From positions 354,907-418,906 of the forward strand of contig JAQGDQ010000025.1 in NCBI GenBank assembly GCA_030141605.1: a DNA stretch of 64,000 bases, in the 5' to 3' direction. Made by a program: the position numbers and the translations under genes. The stretch's first letter is position 1, and each line of letters opens with the position of its first letter. Under the pieces are notes generated by a model that did no database searches, had not been told where the DNA came from, and saw only the letters and a list, made by a program, of their open reading frames with translations. The stretch is from Tubiluchus corallicola. Taxonomy: Eukaryota > Animalia > Priapulida. This document shows, in pieces, positions 1-11,167 of the stretch.

Positions 1-1254
1 TGTCAAATCCCAGCTCATTTGCTCGATTATGAGCGCACGTAAGCATCTTATTTGTTACAATCTTTTCAGAGGCTTATATGCAAATTGCAGCGTTGATGTA
101 ACAGTACTCCCGGCACAGGTATAACAAGCCGTTTAGCAGATAAAATTGCTTTAACAATTTCCATTCTTGCTGCTGTTTGTGCTACTTGGACTCGAGAGCA
201 TGTCATCATTACGGCTGACACACGACACCAATTTATTCGCCACCATGCTGGCAGCTGATTACCTAACTACGCTAATTCTTTTATGTTATGCATAATTTGC
301 TGAGCACACGTAGCATTAAGTTTAATTCGCGTTTGTTTGTTTTTCAATCTGTTTATTGCTCCATTCGTTTATTTCTTGCTTGCTTGTTTGCTTCATTGCC
401 TAAAAACTGAAACGTCGAGCACGTGTAGATAGTGTCAATTAAAATTTTCCTGTCAGACGTTTCTCAGACATTGAACTTTTAATTCTTCCAGTCGGGTTTG
501 ATCAAAGAATTACTGTCTCAAGTGCTGTGATTAAAATGGCATTTTTATCTCCTCCGTCCAGCCAATTAAAATTTAATTATAAACTGACGAGAAAATTTAG
601 GCCTAATATTTAACTGTTCTCGAACTCGAGCTGCGTTGCAACACTTTAGACAAATAGAGAATTTTTTAGGACAAATGTAGCTAGATTATGGACTTAAATT
701 ATAAGACGATATCAATCCATGATAACCGTAACTTTTTTAGTTGAACTTGGACCTCTCAGGAATCAATTAGATTGTTGTACTGTTCTGGTTATTTATCGTA
801 CACTGTTACTTATCTCATTTGAACTTGCATTGACAGAAAAGAAGCACAAAACTTCCGACCTCCCGGACATCGTTTTAAAACAGGAAATGGCTCACGCCAT
901 CTCACGGAAGGGTTAACACGCACGGCATTTAGTCGTTAAACACTTCCATGAGAGCGTGCAGTTTAGCAAAGTGACAAGTTATGATTAAAGGCGGCGGTTT
1001 TTCAGATTAACCAGCAAGATGATTACACACTCGTCAGCTCAGTAAATGCACAGGAGCTACATATGATCCTCCAAGGAGATTTTACTGCTGGCTTGCTCGT
1101 GTTGATGGAATATAAAGTAGCTGAATCCTGTATTAAATGAGGACTTCATCTAGTCAATTATTCTTCAAGTATAGTTACTATATAGTACTATATTTACTAT
1201 AAAACTTACAATGGCACAAGAATTTGTTTGCAATACATATTTATAATAACATTT

Positions 1255-1365
1255 CCTTTTCTTCTCCCTCTCTTTCTCTCTTTCTTTCTTCTCTCTCTCT
1301 CCCTCTCTCCTTTTCTTTTTCTTCTTCTCCTTTTTCTCTCTTCCCTCTGTCTTTCCCTCTCTCTT
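1255..1365. repeat. CT-rich polypyrimidine simple repeat
   Basis: Almost pure C/T tract; it explains the spurious ORFs 1165-1422 and 1228-1410. A (TTTC)n run follows at about 1526-1566. Confidence 0.9.
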
Positions 1366-2544
1366 GATCCTATTATATCTTTCTTTAATAACTCGGCACA
1401 TAAAAGGTAGCATGAATTTCAAAACTTCTGGAATGAGAGCTGAGTTAGCAGAGGTATTTTAGTCACGCCTAGGTGTATCCTCCTTGAGTGGTGTATATAT
1501 TCTCCCTCTTTCCTTCCTGCCCTCATTCTTTCTTTCTTTCTTTCTTTCTTTGTTTCTTTCTCTTTCTACAAAACAAGCCTCACAACACTCGAAGTGAACT
1601 AAAGAAATATTTTTGCCTTACGTCAGACAAGAACAGCGCTTAATACAGTTGTATTTGAGCAGAAATAAACAAATTAATGCAATCGAAGACTGACGGCCGA
1701 AGCTGACATAAAAGAGGATAACTAGGCGGCCAAAAAATCACCTAAAACTAAAAAGACTTTATAGAGGAACCAAAGAAACAGGTAAACCTGAATTATGCTA
1801 TTACCAGGGCCATTATCCTTGTTCCATCATTGTTATTTCTCCGCGCATCAGTAACAGCATCATCATTACCACCACCATAGTCATCGCCATAGTCGCCGCC
1901 TTAGTCGGTATTCTGTAAATTATCATTGTAATCGCATAAACAATGAATGATTTTTAAGAGTATCGCGTCATTTACCACACTAGAGACACGTGTGTGGAAA
2001 GTAGCTATATGCTTGGGAAAACTAAGAAATTATTTTCAATTGACAGTTTATGGCAAACGACTAGCTTTGACTTAGAATTTGCGCTTACAACTACCATAAC
2101 GAAGCCAAGTGAACAGGCAAACGAACAACATGTCCAATCTACCATCTTATTTAGGCGGCCTGTCATGATGGGTTATGGAAATAAGTCTTCCGTAAAATGA
2201 GCGTAACCATTAAACAGCCATTTGAAGAGAAGCTAAACTGATATGGGCCGCAATCCCCGCTTTTACTTTGCATACCGTCCCAGGAGGAAGGTGGTAGCTG
2301 TGCATATGGTGAAGTTTGTATGAAAAAAGCAAGGCATGTGAAAGTATTATTGTAATAAAACCACACTTTCCTTGGGTGTGCTGCTCTAGTTTGACTAGAA
2401 TAATTTAGTACGACATTGTTTTTATTACAATTTTAGACGAAAAATCCAAGTCTAAATAAGAAATTAAACAGAATTGGTCATGTAATAAATTGTTATTTTA
2501 TAAATAATTTTGATATTAGAATAATTGAGTCAGATTATACCAGA

Positions 2545-2749
2545 TTAAGTACATTGTACTGTGACCAAAGATGCAGGCCTATATCTTAAGTACATTTTAC
2601 TGTGACCAAAGATGCAGGCCGATATCTTAAGTACATTGTACTGTGACCAAAGATGCAGGCCTATATCTTAAGTACATTTTACTGTGACCAAAGGTGCAGG
2701 CCGATATCTTAAGTACATTGTACCGTGACCAAAGATGCAGGCCTATCTT
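2545..2749. repeat. 41-bp minisatellite, 5 copies
   Basis: Unit TTAAGTACATT(G/T)TACTGTGACCAAAGATGCAGGCC(T/G)ATATC repeated head to tail with no spacers. Confidence 0.95.
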
Positions 2750-3091
2750 ATTTTGAAAGTGTCCTACTGCCGCCTTAAATGTTAAACATCTTTTTTATTA
2801 GTCAATTAATTTAGTCACAATATTATAACAACTCATTACAGTTTATGCATAATCTACTAATGATTATGATTAAGTAGCCAATAGATCTTAGTATCTAGAG
2901 AAGAAGAAGAAAAATGAAAATGGAAAAAAACAGAGAATAAAAACACTGTAGTAAAAAATCTGTAGAATCGTCTTCCGTTTTTCTGTAAAATTTATAATCT
3001 CTCTAAACATATTAATCATCAAATTGGCTAAATTGTTTACTGTCACTTCAGTACTTATCTACATTTGTTTGCTTGTCTACTCTGTATAATC

Positions 3092-3248
3092 CATTCATTC
3101 ATTCATTCATTCATTCATTCATTCATTCATTCATTCATTCATTCATTCATTCTTTCTTTTTTTCGTTCTTTCATTCATTCATTTATTTACTCATCGTTCG
3201 CTCATTCATTCACTCATTCATTCATTCATTCATTGATTCATTCATTCA
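3092..3248. repeat. (TCAT)n tetranucleotide microsatellite
   Basis: Visible directly; source of the spurious 'IHSF' ORFs. Confidence 0.95.
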
Positions 3249-5193
3249 TGTCTTCAAGATTTCATTATTAAAAGATACGAAAACAAAACGCTATTAAATC
3301 TACTACAGTGTACACGAATTCTGCAGAAAAAACCGTTATGCCCTTGGATTAGCTGCCCAGGCGTCGTTAATCGTTCTATTATTGCCATGATTAGAAAATA
3401 ACGACTGACCATAAAACGTCATTTTGTCATCGCGTGTAAGCGCCACCTGATGTCAAATAAACGAAATCGAATTGTAACCGGCAAATTAGCTAAAAGTCGT
3501 AAGTTAATCGAGAAAGCCTCTAGTCACGCACGCAACGTTCTCTTTCCATTAGCTCTAAATTCCCTAAATCAACAGCATTCTGATTTTAACAGGAGTCTCA
3601 AGGAGCTCCTCATATCCTCCGCTAAATATATGTTTATGAAAGCTGCTACAACATAGTGCGCCGATGTGTATTAACCAGATCATTAAACGAATAATAAAAT
3701 TTACTGCTATTATGCCTCGGTAATGGCCTGCCCATTACATGGTCCCCTGACTACGCGTTTATACCTCCGCGCTTTGAGACGCCCAGCACAAAATGAGGCA
3801 ATTATTTCTAGTGAAACATGTGCAGGATTTTCAAGCGTTTTGTCAAGAGACAGAAGACGGCAGATAATGGCGATAAAACAACCAAGAACATTTCAAAAAT
3901 GTACAAGTAATAAAAGCTTGTTTTTAATGCAATAAACGAGCAATACAACGAGAAATATAAGCCACCGTGTGAAGATTTTCAGCCGAGAAAGTTTCTTTCA
4001 CACTTTGAATGCATTACAACAGACAATGGGATTTTATTTTTGGAAAAAGTGCAATTTCTAGTCTTTTTTATAATGAGGTTCATTGCGTAATTAACCAGAA
4101 TATTTTTTGTTTGTTTCACATAAGCACTTACACTTAATTTGCAACAAAATGAATGATAATTAATTTCGATTGCGGCAATGATTATTATTCACGATCTCTC
4201 GTTAATTTTTAAGAATTTAAAGGGGGACTAATTATCGGGATGACCAAAACGCTTTGGACAAACTAATCGTCAGTATGCATTATAGACTGTTTTTGCCGTC
4301 TATTTATTTATTTGTAAATTGAGCCAATTAATTTTGCTTCGAATTGAGTGTTTTGAGATGAAGCTTGATATTTAATTAACTTGGCTTCTCGAACAGCTAA
4401 CTCTCCAAATTGCTCCCACTCCAATTTGATATCAGCAACGTAAACCTGATAACACGTACAATTGTTATGAATTATTTTACTGGCTTCCCATTTCTATTAT
4501 GAACACTGTATGTGGTCAGGAAAACGTGGTCAGGTGTATGTGTCTACACCTACATACACCTGTATGTATTAAATTCCTAGCATAGTTGCGTGTTAATGTC
4601 TTAAAGGTAGTATGCCCTACAGAGCTGTGGGGCTTTAGTATTTATATAATTGTAATTATATGGATCTAATACAGACAGTTGCCATTATTTTTGTAAAATG
4701 TACAAGTGAAACTTTCGAGTCAGTGTTCATACATTTTGTTCTTACAAATATACAATATGCATATTTAGGCCGTGATGTTCAAAAAGGAACAAACTTTTTA
4801 ACAATAGCAAGTACAACTTTAAAATAATGCAGAATGTTAAATTAAAAGTGAATGATATTTGTATTTAATAATCTAATTCAGAGTAAATTTAACTATTAAC
4901 TTTTACAATTAGCTATAAAAACCTGCCATTTTCACTTTATGTTATAATACATCGTTGAGTAAACTAGTATATTTTGAAATTCCGTGAAGAAATTTTATGT
5001 GACAAAAACATGAAATTAACGACTAGATGCTATACATTGGTGAATTTGCATTTCAACAAAAATAAAGTTGTTGTTGTCGACAAAAAATTGCAACCTTTAG
5101 CTGGTATAATAGACCCAAATCAAATAAAAAAATACGTAAAAAGCAATTTCTATGGAGCCAGTACATGGCATATGTGCACTTTGTACACATGAT

Positions 5194-5259
5194 ATCTGTA
5201 GTGTGCCACAACGACCCACTCTAGGGCCACTGCTTTGTCATTACATTAATAACCTACCT
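5194..5259 (+). mobile_element. Short relic of a non-LTR retrotransposon reverse transcriptase (CR1/L2-like)
   Basis: Translates as ICSVPQRPTLGPLLCHYINNLP, resembling the RT motif GVPQGSxLGPLLFxxYINDLP. Confidence 0.6.
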
Positions 5260-8200
5260 CTTATTAATGATTTCATTTCACTGCCTATCTTTTTGTTGTT
5301 GGCAACCCTTTCCCTACGTCCACTAATTTATTCATTTTACAACATTGTGCTAATAGAGAGCTAAAGAGACTATTAACTTGGTAAAATCGTGTAAACAAAA
5401 TATAACTACATGTGCCTTAATAATCAGCAGAAAAGCGTTGTGGGAAGATCTATCTACCTTCGATTATAAAATGCACTGCATTTACAGCGGGCGGCTTAAA
5501 AGCCTCATTCTGATGCAGCCACAAGACTTACGATCACATTGGTTTCCGATTGACCGACCAAATTTTCCCTCTTTCCTCCTGATTGTTCGTAATGGCAAAC
5601 CGGTTGTTATAAAGGTCCTGAATTAATGTCACAGTTACGTCGAAAGAATGGTAAAGTACGTTAAATGAGTAACATAGCACGCCGTCGAAGGAAGTACTTT
5701 TTTGCAGTTTTCCAAATATTATGTATTGGCTGTGGAATTTTTGCAGTAAAATGTTTCAATTCATATGATAATAAGAATTTTAGTTTATGTTTTCTTCATT
5801 GTGTTCTCCCTACGCCCTTTGATCGACTCTTACCATTCTCTGCAGACTCAACTTTAGCAAAATTTTCCAGCAATGCAACAAAGCTAGTCCATAGAGAACG
5901 CGCACTTATACAAAACCCGTGTATATTAAAAGCAATAACGAGTAACTTTGTACTTTTATCCATGTAGCAGATCAAACGGAATCGTTCAGCAGTAATTTCG
6001 CATTCGCAAGGTAGAAATAAATCTTTTTTCCGAAGCATTTGCGCTCGTGATGGTTTTGAGCATTTTGTTGTTCGACATTGAGTCGGGGCGCTCCGCAGGG
6101 AGACACCATTACCGATTCGTTATTGTCCGATCGCATTACGGGATAACGCTTAACACAAAGCGTTAAATGATATATGCCCAGGACTTATGAAATTTTAATG
6201 TCCACAAAGTGCGCTCGGGGAATACGTGTCATCTTTATCAGGCTTATCACTGCGAGATAGTTAACTGTTAGCAATTTCGTCTTAACTGCGTCTTGCCTTC
6301 CAGAACCTTTCACGCGAGTATCGATTGAAGTTTATGCAGTGATGATGCGACCTTTGCCAGAAAGGAAGGTAATTAAGAGAGCTGTTAGCGAATGGTTCAC
6401 CTGAAAGTATCTGCGCTGCAGGGTGGATCTTGGCCGGCCGTTCCGAAACCCTTTTATCTGGAAATCCTAACGCCTCGAGCAATATCAATCAGAAATTGAT
6501 TCAATTTCTAAAGCATTCCTCAAGCTTTACTAACATTCTTTAGGAAATTCGTTGATGTAGGAGAAATGTGTCGAGAAGAGAGTTAAACTAAGTGATAACA
6601 CACCTGGCGCACATGAAGCCCTGCATACTGCCAGTAGCCAGATAAAGAGATTAACTTTCAATAGCCTTTCTGTAAGTATTAACTTTCTATAGATTGGCGA
6701 GAGCATTTGCTGTCGGCTTATCGTAATGGCAGTAGACTTTCTATAGACAAGCAGCAACCGAATCGTTTGATGTTTTCAATTTGATCCATTATGTTTGCAT
6801 TGAAGCCATGTGGGCGTGTCCAGAATCATGTTCTGAAGCCATAAGGGGCATGACGTACTGAAGCCCTGACGGCGCACTTGACTGTGCACAAATCACTGAG
6901 ACATGTTAGAAAAAAAGCAATGAAGCCACGAGGGTGTCTCCAAATTGATAATACGCTTCTAATTTACGTTTTATTTTAGTCAAAATAATATTAGCCAAAT
7001 CACAATAATAAAAAGAAAAACATGCCATTAACAAAAAGGATCTATAAGCTACTAAAAATCTAAACTAAAAACCAAATTAACTAAACTATATACATAAAAA
7101 TTTACGTGAAGCATATAAATAGTGAATCCCGAGACTATGACGTGTTGAAAATGGCATATGCGCGTGCCATAGGAATGCGTTATACCGAAATTATAAACGT
7201 AGTCCTACATTTCCAAGTTTGTGGTTGATGTTTCCAAACAACGCGTCAATCTTTATACATAATCATATTTTCTGATATCTCATTAAACTTTGCGTAATTA
7301 ACAATAGTTTTTACGTCACCGAGTTTCTTAGGTGAGTATGCAGGTAGTTTGACCCCACACGAGCTTACACTTACGCCCATACATGGCAGACATTTGAATA
7401 GGCAGGAGGCAAACGCGTGTTTTTCACACAAGCACTTAACAACACCACCCCTCCCATGCAGAGCCAAGTGAATGGACCAATTGTTGGTATCACGTTTACT
7501 GTACCTTGTGCTGTAAGTTCTGTTACTGGCAAACTTAGTCTTATGTCACAAAGAGCATGAAAACGTTTATAATAAGCCGTTGTCCAATGAAATATTAGAA
7601 TTCAGCTACACAAAATAAACCTAAATAATGTATTAAAATGTAACTACAAAAAACATAAAAAATGAAGTTAAAACGTTGTGCTTTGCAGTTTAAATTGATG
7701 ACACATAATTTGTATCTTCAACTACAATGACAAGGACACTATCTTTGGCCCCTTAATAAACACAAACAACGCAGCTGATCTTGTGTTGCAATGTAATGTA
7801 GTAAAGAATGATAATGTTGTACCGAGAGTTTGTCTTCCCTGCATTTAAGTGAATAAATCAGATTATTAATAGACGAGCTCTTCCTTGTAAAATGAACTCG
7901 ACAAATGCCTCTGATGCTACTCCTGGTCCTGAAGATGATGGCGATGACGGTGACGATCGTGATGATGAGGAAGAGGAGCCGGACAGTGACAGTAAGAATG
8001 ACAATGAGGACGACGATGTTGATAACTTTTTTTAAACTTATTATTTATTCAACCCACGTCTCAATTTCAAAATATTATACGTAATTGCATTTGTGGTTTA
8101 CATACACAGTTACACACATGTGTGCTGGGAGACCAATACATGGCAAAATGGGATAATGGTGATAGTAGTGGTGGTGATGGTGATGATTACGACAACAACA

Positions 8201-9104
8201 ACGACGATGATGATCAACGATAATGACAGTGGTGATCACGTCTCACTTTCAATTAATTTGTTTTTAGTTTTCATAGGAACAATGATTACACCCAGTAATC
8301 GCAAAAGAGGATCACGAGGGATGAATCACACGGCTGAGCGGCGCTGCATTCTCCCCCTCTCCATGAGCGGACTTGAGTCGCGCCACTCCCCCACTAGTCG
8401 CCCACCTGAGCGGAAAATCGCCGGCAGACGGACGGCATCAGAGGCAAATCACGCAGAAAAACAAATGGTTAAAATAAACGCGGGCTTTTGTCAAGGTACA
8501 AGTGTTTGTATAGGTCATTAGACAGGTCATTAATCGCCAAATTTAATGAGCTTCCTCTTCTATTCATGCTTTAATCACGGCTTTACCGAGAATACTGATA
8601 ATTATTGCATCGATTTAGCAGGTAAGAAAGCAACACACAAAGTGTGCACGCATAAAGAGCCGCGTATTGATTTTTAGATTTTGGCAACGCAGTCTCAGCA
8701 CGCTATTTAACAAGATTAATTAAATCATACCAGGGCATCATTGCTGTTATAACAGGAACAAAAGTTGATGCAGTACAGCACTGTTTCTGCTGTTGTTGGT
8801 ACGTGTCATCGTAGGTTGGTGACTATTTTATGTGTTGGTACTGTCGCCATCATCATCTGCCGTTTTTAGCTTTTTTATGACACTTGTTGCACTGTCCTAA
8901 TTGTCATTAGCGCAATTATTTTTTCATCCTCATTAACTTTATCATGAACATCATTATCAAAGACAAAAGCAAAGACAAGATATATTTACCATCGCTTCTT
9001 TACAGACAACATTATCATTAACGGTTTATTAGCGACTTACAACAATTCAGGTAAGGACGCAACACACAAATAGCGAATAACATGTAGGGTACATGCCATG
9101 ACTT

Positions 9105-9178
9105 TGGCAGCCGCTAGTCTTGAACTCAAGACTGGGTGGTTGCAGTCCGAAATCTAGACCACTCTGCCACCCAACGCA
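9105..9178 (-). mobile_element. tRNA-derived SINE head or tRNA pseudogene
   Basis: Minus strand has an A box TGGCAGAGTGGT, an anticodon-arm-like GGACTGCAACC and a degenerate B box GAGTTCAAGAC. No intact acceptor stem. Confidence 0.6.
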
Positions 9179-10197
9179 GGAAATCATTAATGATCGTCGT
9201 CGTTATCATTTTCATTGTCATTGTTATTGCCTTTGTGACCATCATAACGATCCTTGTCATCACCACCATCATCATCATCATCTCATTAACGATTAGGATC
9301 ATTACCAAATTCACCACTGGCATATTATCGTCGTCGATGTTGTGTTAATCATTGACGTTTTTTACTATGAGTTAATACGAAATTAATTAAAATGAGTAAA
9401 AAAATATGTTTTTGTATCAAGTTCTCTTGGAGGAGAAAAATGATTGTGAGCAAAAAATTCTGATTAGAAAGAAATTTTGGTCAACATCTTATTCATGTTG
9501 CAATGTTTCCGCAAATTACATTTCATTTATCCAAAATTTTGATATAAAAAAAGAGAACCAACATTTCCAATTCTCATTACTAGTATTCTAAATATTAATT
9601 AAATCTCATGACTGGTCAATCTTTAAAAATTATCGATGTACGGAAATACATACAGGAAGGATATGAATACAATTTCTAGTGCTGTTTCTGTTGTTGCATT
9701 TTAAGATAGCTTGGAAGCTTTAAATACAAATAACTTACTTAATTCTTAACTTAAAATAATTCTCAGCATTATTTTTCTGGGTTTAAATTATTAATTTCCT
9801 TTGTCATAACTTTTGAACGCACTTACGATTTAAAATAAATTGCGATTTACTACAATAGTTGACAATTAAATATGCGAGCTCACAATAAATTATTTAACAC
9901 AAGAAATCAGATGTGTAAAATGCTTGTTAAGACTAAAACCCGGTTTACGTTTGTAATGTACTCATCTGCGATAGCATTAAAGCGAAAAGAATATTGTAAT
10001 TGCATAAGCATCTAGTATTAGTAATTTGTGCTCTTGAACAATCAATTGCTACATGGATTTTTTTTGTTTGTAAAGCAAGTAACTTTTATGTATTTTTTCT
10101 TTCTTATTTAACCTTATATTTCTAAACTGATGTTGCCTACTCGTCTTGCTTATATAAAATTATCGTCTGCGCATGGAAAAGATTGATTTGTAAATAT

Positions 10198-10302
10198 TTA
10201 CTTAGTTACTTCCTTGTTTGCTTGCTTACTTACTTACTTAATTACTCACTTGCTTGCTTACTTACTTGCTTACTTACCTATTTACTTATATACTCACTTA
10301 CT
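10198..10302. repeat. Degenerate (TTAC/TTGC)n microsatellite
   Basis: Visible directly. Confidence 0.8.
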
Positions 10303-10454
10303 CGAATTAATACGTTAAAAATGCATTAAGATAATTTGCTTCTGTCATTAAAAACCCTGGAAATGTTTGTCGTCTTTGAACGGAAGCAGTTTCTCTTCTC
10401 TAATTTGATTTTTATTCTTTCTCAATTATCTGCGCGTTAGCTTTGCTCGCTGTC

Positions 10455-10565
10455 CGCTGACGTTATAGCACGTGCTCGTCTGATTGGCTCACCTTGTATG
10501 CTGATAATGAGCTGGGCGGAGCTTGCTCTCGTGAAGTTCTTCGATGTAAAACGACTGGCCAATAA
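10455..10565 (+). promoter_or_regulatory. Candidate Hmx proximal promoter
   Basis: GC-richer patch 220-330 bp upstream of the ATG with TGACGT (10458), E-box CACGTG (10469), inverted CCAAT (10483), GC box GGGCGGAGC (10514) and CCAAT (10559). Confidence 0.55.
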
Positions 10566-10782
10566 CAATCAGCGAAAAGATAACGCTGTTTATACCACCT
10601 AACCATCCTCGATAATTTAACATAAACGCTCCTGGCGCCGAACCAGCATGAACTGTCAGATTTCGGACAAAACCGGACAGTGAAAATCCGATGCAGTATC
10701 TTTAAAAACTGAACGATTTAACGCGTTAGAATGGTATGAACATTTCAAACCTTTCAGAGTAATTCAGTACTAACGTGACAAA

Positions 10783-11167
10783 ATGAGTGCTGACACGACG
10801 AACAACAGGGAGGCGAAATCAACGCCATCACCAACATCGCCGCCACCGCCTCCGAAAAAGTCATTTTTGATCAGCAGCATATTAAGTAAAGACTATGAGA
10901 AAAAGTCATCGGGAAAGCAAACTGCTATTACTTCCGGTGTAGGCAACCAGCTCAAGATAGACACACATTTGCTGCCGCCGTTTTTCCACCCTTCTTATAA
11001 TCCGTACTTGTTGGACAGACAAAATTTCGGGAAGACACCAGGATGGTATCCCGCTGCCTGGCTAGCACAATGCAAACCTCCGATTTTTACTCCCACGGGA
11101 TTGCCTCCCACTTGTGCACTGCCACCTGTGACTACAATGTCGACAGCCTCACGACAAAATGATAACA
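10783..11167 (+). CDS. Hmx: Hmx/NK5 homeobox gene, coding exon 1
   Basis: ATG in AAAATGA context; eh1/Groucho-binding motif SFLISSILS; donor GTAAGT at 11168 (phase 1), matching the phase of exon 2. Confidence 0.85.

Noticed and set aside
2545-2749. CRISPR-like regular repeat
   Set aside because: Units are contiguous with no unique spacers, the context is eukaryotic, and there are no cas genes.
3065-3297. 'IHSF' repeat ORFs (also 14602-14860)
   Set aside because: Translations of (TCAT)n microsatellites.
4601-4640. TTAA-AGG Kolobok-like termini (also about 24293 and 25981)
   Set aside because: No matching inverted ends found; the motif is common in AT-rich DNA.
7892-8035. 47-aa acidic mini-ORF (MNSTNASDATPGPEDDGDD...)
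   Set aside because: Resembles the other decayed (GAT/GAC)n repeats scattered through the region; no splice or homology support.
8093-8521. 142-aa ORF
   Set aside because: Starts at GTG and runs through trinucleotide repeats; no recognisable domain.
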